A DNA stretch of 64,000 nt from assembly GCA_002633005.1 (NCBI GenBank), contig NMRA01000976.1, positions 17,870 through 81,869 of the forward strand, in the 5' to 3' direction. Source of the stretch: Phoronis australis. Taxonomy: Eukaryota > Animalia > Phoronida. Positions within the stretch are counted from its first letter, which is position 1. Each line of letters starts with the position of its first letter. The notes below the pieces were generated by a model. The model was given only the letters and a program-made list of their open reading frames with translations. It was not told the DNA's origin and searched no databases. Both the position numbers and the translations under genes were made by a program. Positions 38,936 to 53,160 of the stretch are shown here, in pieces.

Positions 38936-41900
38936 ATGTCTAATATAAATATTGTCTCACTTTACTGCAGAGGTCTGGTAGACAAAATGAAGGTAGAAAA
39001 GATTATTCTAGGTGGTTTAGAAAAGACATTTTCATATCATTTGTTTACAAGATATACATGTCAAACCAGGTTTTGAAAATTCTTTCAGAAACGAATGGGA
39101 GTTTGATATAAAAATTGCTCCTTTAGCGCCAAATACCAGAGGAGTTGCTATGTTGTTTAATAATAATTTTGAGTATGTTGTCCTACTCCCCGTTATTGAC
39201 CAAGCGGGTAATTATCTAGTTTTAGACCTTACCATCAATAACGATATTAAATTTACATGGTTTAACATAAGCGGTCCAAACCTAGACAAACCTAATTTTT
39301 TCAAAAACATAATGAAACTGATACTTAGACGATTTTGAAAACAATACTTTTCTAATTTGTGGGGATTGGAATATTATAATCGATAGCTCAAAAGACGCTT
39401 TTAACTCAACAAATTTTAAAAATCCAAATGCACGCAAATATAGTTCAGAGCTTATAAAAACAAAATGGTTCGCATTTAGAAATCATTTCACCAAGATGAA
39501 AATATTATCACACGCTGTAAAATTTCCCTTTGAAAATGGGTAAATTGGATTTTTTCTTATTACGGAATACCCTTTCTCCAGTTTTTCATATTCTTCTATT
39601 GTGCCAGCCTATACATCAGATCACGCAACGGTGTCAGTTGAATTTTGCATTTCTGAAGGAAAAAAAAGAAGGAAAGGTCATTGAAAGTTTAATAATACAT
39701 TGTTCCGTAATCCAGACTTTGTCAAACCAATATAAGACGAAATTGAAAATATTATAGTTATACATGTATATGCTGTCAGTCCGCACTCAAGAGTGTTTAT
39801 TTCTCGTTGCCCAAACGAACATCTATAATTAATCATAGATGGTCAATTATTTTGGGAAACAATTTTACTTCATTTGAGAGGTCGAATAATACATTTTTCC
39901 TTTGCAATTAAACACCAGGGTATTCAGAGAGAGAAAATTCTTCTGGTAACATCGCGGAAGTTAACGGAAAATTGAAAATGGAACCAAATAATGCTAAGAA
40001 ATATCTTCCTATGTTAGAAACATTAAACAGTGAGTTATAAGAATTGAATATTGAAAAATCGAATCTGCCATGGTTTTATCTTTAGCTAGATGGGTTGAGT
40101 TTGGAGAAAAATCTTCAAAATATTCTTGTAATTTGGAAAATAGAAATTATAAAAAAAGAAATTAAAATAATGAAAATGATGGAACTAGCATTACTAAGCT
40201 AAGTGACATTTTAGAAGAACAAAGATTATTCTATGAAAACCTGTATGATCTTCATGGTACAGACCACGATGTTGAAATGTTTCGATTTATTAAAAATGAG
40301 AGTTTGCCAAAACTGTCTCCGGCAGAAAAATTCAAAATAGAAGGTGAAATTACGTGTCTTGAACTTCTGATATGTTTGAAGAAAACAAAAAAATAATAAA
40401 AGCCCAGGTTTGGTCGAATTTTTGTAGAATTCATTATTTTTTTGGAAAGACATATGTCATTTTCTTTTACGGAGTATAAATGATGCAAAGGAAAAATAAT
40501 CTGTCGGTTGAACAGTTACAGTGTGATATTACTTGCATTCCAAAAAGTGGCTATCCAAGATGCTATCTGAAAAATTGACCAAAAATATCTATCTTAAACT
40601 GTTATGATAATTTCATGTCATCGTGTATAGCAGAGAGAATTAAAAAGGTGTTAAACGCCTTAATTAATTGTGACCAAGTTTTTATACCGAGTCGCTTTCT
40701 GGGTGAAAATACTAGATTAATATATATTATAATGTATGGAACACAAAACAAAATTTACCTGAAATGATTGGCGAAATTGATTTGGAAAAAAGCATTTGAT
40801 ACACCCTCTTGGAAATTTATTGGAAGAGTATTAAAAGCTTTATATTTTGGACCATAAATTAAAAGGTGGATTTCGCTATTTCAAAATAATTAAAATTCAT
40901 TACATATTCCAAGTGGCTCTTTGTCAAAATGTTTTCAGATTACGCGGAGGTTGTCCCCAGGGCGATCCTTATGTTCTTATTTTGTGTGTTTAAATTTTAT
41001 CTCAAACAATCAGAAACAACGAAAATGTGAAAGGTATTAAAATAGGGCATGAACTTTTTAAGATTACACAGTGGTCGGTTGGCACAACATCATTTTTGAT
41101 TTGGTCCGAAAGCTTTTTGAAAAGTGCTTGATAACTTTGCAATGGTTTACGAACCGTCCGATTTGAAATTTAATTTTCATAAAAAAAGTTATGTGGATAG
41201 GATCAATGAGAGAATCTTTTGTTTTGTAAAGAAAATAACTTAGACTGGATAACAGAATTTTGAGCCCTAAGAATTCAATTTAATAAAAATCTTCACGATA
41301 TCTCGTCAATTAATCTTAAACCAACAATTTTAGGAATTAAAATTTGCTCAAAACTTTGAGTTGTAGGCCCTTGACACAATTAGGGAAAATTATTAAACAT
41401 TAGCTCTACCAAAAATTACGCATACATGTATGTCACTCTTTCTGTCCAATCCAGATGTCAATATAATAAATGAGAGCAACACTTCAATTTTGTTTGGAAT
41501 AATAAAAAACCTAGATTTACTAAAAAAAAAACTTATACGTGATATCAGGAAGAGAATCTCTTCAAGGTAGTATTGAACAAGGAGGCTTAAAAAGGTGGAT
41601 ATTAAATCATATGTATATAGCCTGAAATTGTCGTTGATTTAATGTCTCCTGAAAACTAACAATTCTTGGCATGTCTTTCCTGTCACATACAAAACTGTAA
41701 GAGGGTTTAATTTTGGAAGCAATTTCCACTATGTTACTGGTAATAGATTTTGACTTCATTGATGTTTCCTTGGCATGGAAGAAATTTGTGACACGCTTTG
41801 TTCCAGTAATAGTTTATATTACATTGAATGAACCCCTATGGTTCAATGCAAACATAAAGCTTGACTTTATTCAACAGTCATACAAGAAATGTTTAAGAAC

Positions 41901-42636
41901 GGTTAGAGATACTAAATGATGATGGAACAATTCTGACTGGTATAAAGGGTACGTTTATGGCCATTACTGGCTTGTAAAGTCAGTTCTGCCAATTTTCTTA
42001 GATAACCTTTGTTAGTCTGAATATGTAAAACAAAAACTCCCGACAATTTCGACTCAACTGTTGCCTGTCGTCCGTGCTCAAACGGGGTGCTCAAACTTTA
42101 GGAAGACATTTGTCAGGAGTTTAGTACCCCCCGAAATAGGCATGTGCCCTGCAGAAGTGGGCTAGAGTTTTTTATGCATTTATTGCAACAAATTAACAAT
42201 TACAATACTTAGTTACATAAACAAACATAAATATTTGACACCGTTATATTTGTACTAAGTTCCATTTTTCGTTGTCATTTTGTGTAGATATGCAATAGAG
42301 CTTTGGAAGAAAAATTGTGATGATCTCCTTATGATCGCTTTTTAAATGGCCTTGAAGTTCTGTTTGGAAATACCGAATATAACAGTATAAATTATGTAGT
42401 TTTAATAACAAAAATGTCATTTATGCAGAACAAAATTCCGTTAACAACTGATGTCACCAGTTTTGAAAAACTATCGAAATATATAATTTAGTATGTAAAA
42501 TCAATGGTACATTAGAAAATCACAACCAAAATGGAGCTTAGTACAACTATAAAGGTGGTAAATGTTATGAATGTTTATGTACCAATGTGTTGTAATTGAT
42601 AGTTTGTTACAAAAGAATAAAAATAATAAAATAAGA
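38936..42636 (+). mobile_element. Decayed L1-clade (Tx1-like) LINE ORF2 in intron 2 of peptide gene B
   Basis: Ordered, interrupted motifs: MSNINIVSLYCRGL, IICLQDIH, CGDWN (APE endonuclease); RWVEFGEKSSKY.CNLE, KSPG, D.EKAFD, QGDP (RT). A-rich tail at ~42612-42636. Many stops and frameshifts. Confidence 0.9.
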
Positions 42637-44002
42637 TTTTACATCCAATGACGTAAATGTTGTTGAATTAAAATACGAGCAAACTATCGCAGCGCCACTT
42701 TGTTGTCAATTTTTGTTGAACACAAACTGAAACCAGATTACAATATGAAGGCGCGTGGTTCTCGTTAAAAACAAAACCTGATTGAATAACACAAGTGACT
42801 TAGCACCGTGTTTCATGACAGAACAAAACAAGTGAATAGTAAGTGTTTCGTTGTTGTCAAGTCTGCAAAAAACGTTGGCCGTGTACGGACACCCACCGTG
42901 TTTCGGAGTTTGTGTATGAGTTTCGGAGTAGATACATGTAAAACAGGTTTTGTTTTCTTTGTTTTTCCCTAACCACAAGTCGGGGAAGAGCATTAGTAAG
43001 CCAGGGGTTAAAGAGGCATAAAACGCAAAAGATCGTCAAAATATCTTTTAAACAATTCCTGACGAAAGTACCTTTTCGGAACGTCTACTACAAAATTATT
43101 TGGTTATTGCATTACGTGGAAAATTCCAGAAACATCTCGAAAGTCACGATTTTTGAATTATACAAGAAGGAAAAACTTTGCTGTCTCCACCGAGTTAATC
43201 TCCCTCCCACTTAGATAAATGCGCGCATGACCTCACAGTCATTCGTCACACATACATGGCTGACAAGATGTATATTAATGGCAGGTTATCGTGTGTGATC
43301 GCGCTCCAAATTTGCAGTCGACAGCACAGTATCAGGCAAGCCAATGCAGCAAGCAATTTTCCGAAAATTATTCCAAGTGCATTTTAGAATATATTTGAAT
43401 ACTGCAACAGCTTTGTAAAGTAATTTTAAAGCGTTTGGAATTTGTGTCAGTTGCCTCTTAATCAAATTTTTCTAAGTCAAATTTTCATTTCAGACAAATG
43501 TTTTAGGTCTATGTCCTGTCACACCAAATAAAGAGACCTGCTTTGCCCTGTGGAAGAAAAAATGGACGAAGTCACAAGCCGTGAATGATGGATTTTTCAA
43601 ATTTGTCAGTAAAAGAAAATGTATTGACATCAACAGAAATTCAAAACCTTTACTCCCAAACCGTAAAAGTACCTCGCGAGCAGGTTGAGTTCTGTTTCAG
43701 TGGCAGAAAATCACTCTAAATAATGCAATTTAGTCTTTTCTGAGTTCCAAGGCTCTGTAATGATTTTGATCACGAGCTCGTGATAATTGGTGAACTGGGA
43801 TTTTCAGGCCCGTGAACTGTTAATGGCTTATTTTCGAGTAAAGTTTCGGACACGTGAATGCGCCCTCGTCGATACATGAGCCTGAAAGGAACACGTTATC
43901 ATATTTCCACATTATAACTTGAGATCGCGTATCTCTATGAGATTGTAGTTTGTAACTTTTTTGATGGGAAATGAAAATATGAAACATGGATATAATACTC
44001 AC

Positions 44003-44067
44003 CTGACGTAGAGCAACACGCATGCAACGATGGCCAGGAAAGCGATAACTTTGGTCGACTTGGTCAT
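44003..44067 (-). CDS. Secreted prepropeptide gene copy B, exon 2 (signal peptide)
   Basis: Acceptor ttatttctag| gives an exon start at 44090. Start context acaATG. Encodes MTKSTKVIAFLAIVACVLLYV, then a donor AG|gtgagt. Confidence 0.85.
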
Positions 44068-44630
44068 TGTTTCAATCTTTTTGAGGTTTTCTAGAAATAA
44101 TCAAAACACTATCTTATCAATATGGTTAGAGAACTGCCTTGTGTGGTAGCAGAGGTAAACCTTCGTTCGTGACTTCTTGCTAAGGTCATATCAACGCTGT
44201 TTTGGTGGTTGAAAACGGCCAACTTCAAAATATTATATGATGCAACGACATTGAAGCAATGTATTGCAAAAATGGCCGAATGAGTTCATTTTAACCAGAG
44301 CGTAACTATAGAAAACAAGAAATGTTGATTTGCCCTCTTGACGGGGCGAGTTTTTTGACTCGTCCCAAATTTAATCAAAACAATTGGCCCTTTGCATTAA
44401 GCCATACGGAAGTTTCTAGGGTGAACATTGTCTTATCGAAATTACAACACTCATATCACCGCAACACACTTTGTCATTATCTCCTTTCAAATTACCTCAC
44501 GTTAAAATTGAGACGAACACTGTCTAAACTAGCCAAAGACCATTCATTATGCATTGATATCAGAGTGAGGGTTACACAGTGACAAGTAATCTGGTAATAT
44601 TTCCCCACAATCGTGCTACATTCATGAACA

Positions 44631-44881
44631 TGGGCCCCGTTCCAAGAAAACTGACTTAGCTAAGACGGATCTTAACTTTCAGTCAATTTTAAGATAAGAC
44701 TTAAATCTGTCTCAAGATCAATTCAAAAAGAGATCTTATATTCGACTTAAGTTTTTGACTTCAATTTTGTCTTAATTTTGACTATCTTATCAGATGTAGA
44801 TGTTTCAAAGTTCGGAATTTGAGGCAAATCTTAGACTTAAGTCAAAAATGAACTTAAGTCAGTTTCTTAGAACGAGCCCCA
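44631..44881. mobile_element. Fold-back MITE (PIF/Harbinger-like) in intron 1 of gene B
   Basis: TIR tgggccccgttccaagaaaactgactta versus ttaagtcagtttcttagaacgagcccca, with internal cttaag/tcttaa repeats. Confidence 0.7.
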
Positions 44882-46224
44882 GGGGTCTCTAACTTCGTTT
44901 TCGTGTCATTGAAGTTTCTCATGCTGATTGTTGCTGTGGTGTCTTGTTTTTTCAGACTTCTACTACTGTTTTAACTGTATTCGAACTTCCAAGGCCAACA
45001 AATAAAAGTGTACTACTGTGACGGGGGCTGAATCTCCGACTGTTGAAAATTAGATAAACTTGAGCAGTTTTAGTGGAAGCGACATTTTCTGAAATGATTC
45101 CTAGAATCAAGCATTTCTAAGACGAGGTCAGTGCAAAAACGCGTTTTCCTGTATCCTGGAGAAAGGAATTAATTCCTATCCGATACCGTACAAATTACAG
45201 TCGATAGTATACATGTAAATAAAGCTCTTGTATCAAAGACAACTTTGTTCAAATGAATGTTCCAATTTTGCGAGATCGTTTACTTTCATTTGCTTGAATT
45301 GAAATTGCTTTAAAGCGCATGGGATTTCTTTGACGTACCAAATTGCATCCCGGCTGACAATCAAATATCATGAGTAATGTCGGAATGCAAGAACGCTCTG
45401 CTCTAGTTTCTTCAGTTTTGTTCCTGGTTTTAAATATTCAATGTTAGCTTCGTGCAGAAATTGTTATGTTTTTTTGGTTGGGGGGAACACGCTATGTGTC
45501 ATTGTCAACTATGGCCGTGCTGAAGTTGTGTAAAGTGTATCGTTAGACGCTTTCGAATGCGAATTACCACGGAGTCTATAACAATTACGACTACTATTTG
45601 TTGATCCAATGTCCTGGAAATTATCAGCTATGAAACTTGTTTTCACGGCTTTCACTACCAAAACCAACTTGAGCCCATCGTTGGCTAAATGCGCAACGAT
45701 AACGTTGTCAACAGACTACAAGTTTTCACGGCTTGAATTAATTATTTGCAGTGCCATTAACTGATAATGGAGTAAAATAATTAACAAGTGTGAGTTTATT
45801 TACTCGCTAAATAATGGATTTTTGCCAGTTATGTTAATTTGCTCAACATATAATTAATTTTCACAGGAAATAATTTTTAAGATTACATGCAATCGTTTAG
45901 TATTAATTTACACTGTTAACAAAATTAAGTTGTGCAAGTAATTTATGGTCATAACGTTCACCCATTCAGCCTAAGATATATATACTAGCGTCCATCAAAA
46001 TTTTCATATCGTTCATAAAACCCTGCACCCAACGAAGTTCAATTCTCACAGCTTGGTGGCAAGAGTTCGCAGTCTATGACGTGACTCAAATTGTTGTAAA
46101 GTTCTTCTCTCCTAGCCAAATTACAAATATGACCAACGATAGCAATGACAGACATAGTAATAGTAATAGCTCTACAGAGCAAATTACTGCTGCAAAAAGT
46201 AGAATACGCCACTAAAACACTTAC

Positions 46225-46293
46225 CAACTTGTCGAAACGTGTCGAGTTAATGTCTTGGTTTGACTGTCGAATGACGAATGGTGCTCTTTTATA
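46225..46293 (-). promoter_or_regulatory. TATA box and non-coding exon 1 of peptide gene B
   Basis: TATAAAAG at 46293-46286, CAGT at ~46265, and a donor TTG|gtaagt at 46224. Confidence 0.75.
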
Positions 46294-49200
46294 GAGAAAA
46301 ATATGAACCGAATGACCTGCACCTAGTTAATATGCTCAGGTGTAAATGATTCCGTTTGTGGCTTTCCAAAAAAAAGAAGTAAAAGAAACGCAAGTGACGT
46401 GTCGCAGTACTGTGATTTTGAAAGCAGATAGATAATTACATGTAGTCTAGTTTCACAAACCGTTGACTTTCAGGAAGAAGGCCCGATGGTTAAAATAGTT
46501 GAATGAACACCGATAGACTTTAATTCAGAAAAAGTTGATATTGTCTGAAAGTAGAAAGACGGTTAAATTTAATTGTCGACTTCAAATCCCTGTTATTTGA
46601 ATCACGATACCTTTCATTTTTATTGGAATTCAATAAAAATAATGGTACATTCTCTTCAAAACATCAACATGTATATCAGTAACATGTTCAGATTCTATTA
46701 GATATTTGAAAAGCCAAAACTGCTGTTGCCGTTGTTTAAATTATTTTTTTGTTTTCGTTTCATGCAACTTTTGACGTCTTTCATCAAAATCATAAAAATA
46801 CCATTTTGACGGTGCGTAAAGCATGGCAGCTATTTTCGAGAAACGACCTCCGAAGTTTTCCAAATTTGGCCAGGCGCGGGTTTGTGACGCTTGGACTTAC
46901 GCTAGGACCGTGCTAAAATCCAGCCAAAGTCACGTGTTCTCATTTAAAATACACGGCCACATCTCATGTAAATTCGTTAAAGTCCTAGCGTTCATGAACG
47001 GATTACAGTTTTCGAGTGCTCTACATAACCTTGGAACGGAAATTTAAAGATTTTACATATATATCACATTTTAACAGTACTATGTTAATTTTAAGTAGTG
47101 CCACCTAGGGACTTCTCTAAGACATTAGTGTCAAAATCATAATTCGGAAAATATACAATCCGCCCATGAATTGAGTTTTTCCTGAGTACTTTGCAAATAT
47201 TTCACCAAGAAAGCGTGCACGCCTGTTTTAAATTCTAAACGTCACGCAAGAAGTTATCGCCAGGTGCAACTGTTATCGTCAACAGTTACAATTAAGGTAG
47301 TGCCGTCACTAATAGCTGCTCTAATAATAACCAATCGATTTAAAAATAAAGTTAATGTCACTTACCACATGTAAATGTTTCCAAATTGAAACGTTGAAAA
47401 AATCTTAGCGTGCAACGCTACCTTGCGATAATTACGATAACGAAAGCGGCAACAACCGCTTACTTCGATGTTCTTTAACACCGAAACCAGTATGAACGGT
47501 CCAGTTAACTGCGCTGTTTACGTCGACGCTCCGCTCAGACCGGAGTTAAGTCAGTATGAAATGGCCTACTGTAGCACAACTAAGTTTCAAGTGTTGGTGA
47601 GATTTCTTCACATGTGGGTAGTAAATCACCGTTTTGAGCGATGCTTCGTGTTTATGGCGGGAAAATCCGGGTTTTGAACGAAGCTGTCTGCTTCTGACAA
47701 CACACTGCCGTCGATGAAATTGTCAATTTGCCAAGTGTCCTCAGCTCAAGCTCTGCTAGCTTTTGCTGTAATGGGCGTCCTCTAGTCGCGCGGGCGGTAT
47801 CGGGGTTTCTTTTTCCAGGAAACTGTACTCAAAAGAATTGAGACACACTTCTTGTCAAAGGACAAAGATTACTGGATGTTTTGTCTCCAAGCCTCGACAA
47901 AGGCGATTTTTTCTTCCTTTGTGAGAGAATATTGTTTTTTATCACGAACGGTGATTACGAGCTAAGGTGGAGACATTGGCCATTAGACTCATACTGTACA
48001 TGTAGTACAGTCTGTAAAACCGCGTTCGGGCGAAGGGACCCCATAGGCGGTCACCGTCGGGCGGGACATGCTCAAAAGCCACCAAACAGCGAGCTCCTGT
48101 ATTAATACATTACTAAGTCCGTTCCTTTTTTAAAGCATTTGGTTTGTTAACACGCCACTGGTGGCACTATTCATCTGACTGTCACGAATTTTACATAATC
48201 TGCATCTTCTGAATGTCTTCAATTCTATTCAGAGTTTTTCCACTCCACCAGATCCAAGATTAGACAGCTGTATCAAATTTTTTTGAAGAAAGAAGAAGAA
48301 GTTGAAAGGTTCTAAAATCATGATTTTTCAGTAAGCTGCATTCAAAATTGCACCCTAAATAGAACTACACATTTACTACCATGATGCGATGATTCATTTG
48401 CATCCGTAACAAGATGGCGGGTCTAGTCGCATGTATGTCTTTATTGGCATTCCATTGCCCAAAACAAATTTTTTCAACAAAGATCGTAGTTTGCAATTAC
48501 TAATGCCTTAATTAATTGTAAATTGGATGTGTTTCATTTGTTCAACCTTTGCGAAAATTCGTTGCGTTTAACGCGATTGCCACCATTATGATGTTTTCAA
48601 TTGACCTCGGGTGCATTCTAAATGGATTGTCCAAGCACCACAAAACTTGCTGTTAAATGGACAGTAACATTTTGCTCCACTTGTTTATTCACAGGCTAAT
48701 GGTCGCATTCATTATCGCTGAGATTTACATGCAGCGAGTGTCTTGCGAATTGCTCGAAGCCTAGTGATCTTGTGTTGAAATCAAAGGGGCTGAGTCGGCC
48801 ATTTGTCGATTTTGTGGTTTGCTGAAACATATATCCACTGTCTCTGGAGAAATTTTTCAGTTTTTTCCTATGTGGAAATAATTGAAAGAGCATTTGCTTT
48901 TCTCTAGGACTTGCATTTCTCGAGTTACTGGAGATTATTCTATATCGTGAGCATGCACTTTAAACTAGAATGCATCACAACTGGTACGCGGTTTTATTGA
49001 CATTCTTTCAGGCCCCGCTTCTATTTTTTGTATGCCGTTTAATCAGCTGATATGGCATACTGGGACCTGCTTCCCATTGAATAGCTCAGAGCTGGAATTT
49101 TTGTTGACATAATTCTATTACTTGTCTTGTTTTAAAAATTCAAAATCCCGTGTAGTCTAATTTTAGTAACCTATTTAGATTGCATGTTTCTCATCGGTTT

Positions 49201-50589
49201 TATGTACGAAAAAGAAAATTTAACAGAAAGTCCGAATGCCTTCAAGCCATGAACTGGTACGAAACATAAGTGAGAGTAATTACAGTTACTCTCACTACTG
49301 GCCCAGTCGGTAAATATTGTCATTCCTTTGATGACCGGCCACTACTGAGCATTTGATGTGGATAAAACCCTGAAGATGGCTGAAGAGATGACATTGCTGC
49401 AAATCAGTCCTTAATTCGTTTAAATGTCCACAAGATGCCGGTAGTGGCCTACAGTTGAAGTTTGTTTTTTGCTGTATTTCCGGTGTCCCTTGACAGCTCT
49501 GTCTAAATATATGGTTAGATATCGCCAAGCCCATCGATATGACTGGTAATCCCGATTCTCACTCTGATATACATGTACTGTTCTCGACATTCACTGGTTG
49601 TACCTGCACTTTCTTCGGCCTACAAGTTGCATTTTTCGAGTGATCGACATGCAAATGAATTTTTATCTCGTCAATACCTGTGTGACTGGTTTTCAGGCTA
49701 AAATCGGAAACAGAATGTCGCTGTAAGGGTCATTTTTGCACAATGTTAAATTCGTGGTTCTCTATCTTCTCGATACTATGACAGAACCTTCTGGAAATTG
49801 GTAGGTGAATAGATCGGCCTTAATGGCTACACATTGTATCTGCTGCGGGTGAGTGGTTTCTTACCACGACTTCGTGTTCTCGTGTTATTCGAGATCTTAT
49901 CATTTGGTGACTGTTCCTTAATTGGCTGATTCCCGCTGTGCGCTATGGTTTGTTCTTAAGTGTACGCCATATGGCGTGGTTGCTGGCGACGTTGCTTTCA
50001 TAGACCTCTACTAGATTTCGCCAAGGTTTGCTCCATAGAGCTCTGTCGCTTTTTTGAACTCGGTCCACCTATTTTTCGCACAACATAACTAGGTTCCGGG
50101 TACAAAGTGTTCATTATACAATACTCGCATGTGGGCTATTCATTGTTATGGATGTCTTATCATATGTGACGTAAAATTGTACTTCGTTTGAACTGATAGA
50201 GCACTCGATCGACCCTGAGAATTAGGCTAATTCACCGTTCGGAAAAAAACAGTCAGACGTGAAATGAAGCTATAGCTACATCACATGTCTGCTGAGATAA
50301 AATTACTCTCTAGTCACTATTTTCAAAATTTAAAACTCCTCAATTATTTCCCAAATTAGTTAAATGGTGTTTTAGTAAGTTTTGTGCACAGTCTAAAACT
50401 TCAAAAAGTGCCAAACAATTATTGGTAGGAGCGCTTTAAAAAAACAGCACACTAGAAAAACGATACGTTCATTTGGTAAGATACGCCCCTTTCAGCAACA
50501 GCAGACGGCAGCGAAGACCGGAGCGAGTTCAGTGCTAACAGCAAATCCATAACTGACTCGTGCTCGGAGTTTAGCTGAACGAGAATGTT

Positions 50590-53160
50590 AGCTTAATTGG
50601 ATGTCACATTTCTGGAGAGTGTGCACCGTTATTTAAAAATAGCTACAACTGTCTTTGATGGGGATCCTATGAGGCCGCTCCACAAGATGAACTACCAGAA
50701 TTACTTCGTGGGCTGCCAAATGGCAGAAAAAAGTGTGGATATTATTTTTTCACCATCCAATAACTCACTTCTGTATCAAGATCCACTATTTAAATTTACA
50801 ACTTAGTGGTGAGAGAATACCCAAAAATATACGCGTAAACACGTAATGTGTATTATTCTTGATAACAATGTCTCTTCGAATGCTCACTGTCGTGATCTAC
50901 ATGTAGTTGCTATGATTCAAAAATAATTGAATCCAAGCAAAGTTACATCAAGACAACTAAGCTCAATGCACGTAGAAGTTTTGTTTAATGAATTTGTCTT
51001 ACCCCACTTTGACTATGGAGACATTATCTATCAACCCGCTAGTGCTATTGTCTATTTCCAGTTAGATCGTTTGCTGTATCAAGCTGCAGTTTCAATCACA
51101 GGATCATTTAAATGTTCAGAAAAGATATAGTTCTCAATAGCCTGGTGTACACTTTCCGAACGAAGGAAACTACACACAACCGTATACACATTTACGGCCG
51201 ATTTCATGAAGGTGGTATGGAATTAAATTTGGTTTAAACTGGACTGAGACCAGGTTTGAAAATAATCCGCATTTCATAAAAGCGGTTTAACTTTAAGACC
51301 AGTGGTCTAGTAAAACTTGGTTTAACTCCAGTTTAGACCTGGTCTAAGTTTGTTTTCATTTCACCAACGAGGTCTATATTCCTTAGACCTGTATTAAGAT
51401 CTTAAACCAAGATGTTTAACTTTAGACTTGGCCAGACTCAGGTTTAGTAGTGTTAAATATGCCAGACTTGCACGTTATAGGTGAATGGTGTGCATTTACG
51501 ACGTATTTTTAGAGAGAGAATGACAAGAATTAAATTTACAGATTTACAACGACACAAGATCAAACGTACATGTAGAAGGGGCGGATCCAGGATTTTTAAA
51601 TGGGGCGAGGGATCAAGGATTTTTTAAAAGAGGAGTCCAAATCAAAAATTTGAAAATTATAGATTTGATATCACTAAAATCAAGGGAAAAGGAGATCTGG
51701 ACTCCCTTGGATCCTCCTGTTCGTAGACCAGTACGTATTGCACGGTGTCCTTCAGATTCCTCAGAATACGACTGGTCGAACAGGGCGTCATCGTCGTAAG
51801 CGCTATGAGTTTGACTGAAAACGGCATCTTCTGATTCCTCTGACTGAGGTTCACCTGCAATGGTAGCGTATTTCCAATGGTTTCCGATTAATTGTCACCT
51901 GACAGGGGCCCTGCACCTCTCCTGCGGACGCAAAAAATAAACACTAAAATGCGGACACGGACATAAATTTGGGCATTTATTGTGTTTCCGCTAATCGTGA
52001 GCATGTAGTAGTACTTTAATGTGTGCACGTGTGTCGGACACAGATATTTTTCTTCACGAGAAAAGCTTTTAGACCTTTTTGCAAATGTCTGCACCGATTC
52101 TACTACTGTGTGCCATTGTAGACCCATGTGACCAAGGTTTCATTAAAGCACTTCAGTAGTTTCTTTGTTGGGTTAATCCAGATCAACACATTAGGGTCCC
52201 TTGGATACTTTCAACCTGGTTTGCTGCACCGGCTCCCTGGTCTAACAAAGCCAGGCTTTCAGACTTTTAAACCAAGTTGATGAAATGCAAGTTAGGTCTA
52301 AAATTACATCAAGTTTAGGAAGACCAGGTTTAAGTCTTAAACCTAGTTTTGCTAAATCACCTTTATGAAATTGGCTGTTAAAATTCTCAAAAACATACAA
52401 AATGCGTCTAATAAGCTTATATTTAACAAATATGAAAGAGAATGCCGAAGGCCTGGCCTTGGGAAAATCCTTACTTTCACAATCCCCGTCATATTCCAGG
52501 GCAACTTGCAGATCAACAATTCCAGTGTGTATAGACAATTGGAATACATCGCCTTCCAATTTAAGAGACAGCTGTTCACGCTCAATGATCAAAATGAGCT
52601 TTAAATATTACTTCTGCCATGCCAATCTACTTTTCCCTGCTACCTGAAGTTTAAATCTATTCCTATATCTCACGAGATATCTCTCAATACATTGCGTTCT
52701 GGACTTTTACTGAACTCTGATAAATTTCAACACAACTTCAGAGACATCTCTCCGTTGTATACATGTAATTTTGGGCACGTTCAGACTAAAATTCACTTTC
52801 TGATAGACTGTCCAATCAATATTCAACAACGACAGGGACTCCTCCAGATCGTCGTCGAATCGTGTTATCCACACTTAATGAATGCCTTCGTTTGCTAGAC
52901 CACATTTTAACGGTTCAAGTAAATTCAGGGTAGATCTCACACTACTTCACTCTGTCGCATCATTCTGTTTAGAATAGTCTGCTGTTGTACAGATGTGTTG
53001 TAAGTCAATTTCACTTTTCACCTTTCTCTTATTCTTGTGTATCATGATAACATTTGAATATTCCTATGCATTACTGTGTGTTCATTGTCTTAAGCTCGGA
53101 TATAATGTAAACTGCGGTTGAATTTTAGTATTTATATTTTTGTGTATGTCTTAATAAATT
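50590..53160 (+). mobile_element. Decayed CR1-type LINE 3' part, interrupted by a DNA element
   Basis: FVLPHFDYGDIIY...QAAVSITG at ~50980-51110 and the C-terminal SPLYTC...KIHFLIDCP at ~52700-52830. The 3'UTR ends in aataaa. Confidence 0.75.
51195..52377. mobile_element. Non-autonomous PIF/Harbinger-type element with TTA TSD
   Basis: tta|cggccgatttcatgaaggtg...cacctttatgaaattggctg|tta, with subterminal agaccaggttt repeats. The same left junction recurs in block A at ~29259. Confidence 0.7.
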
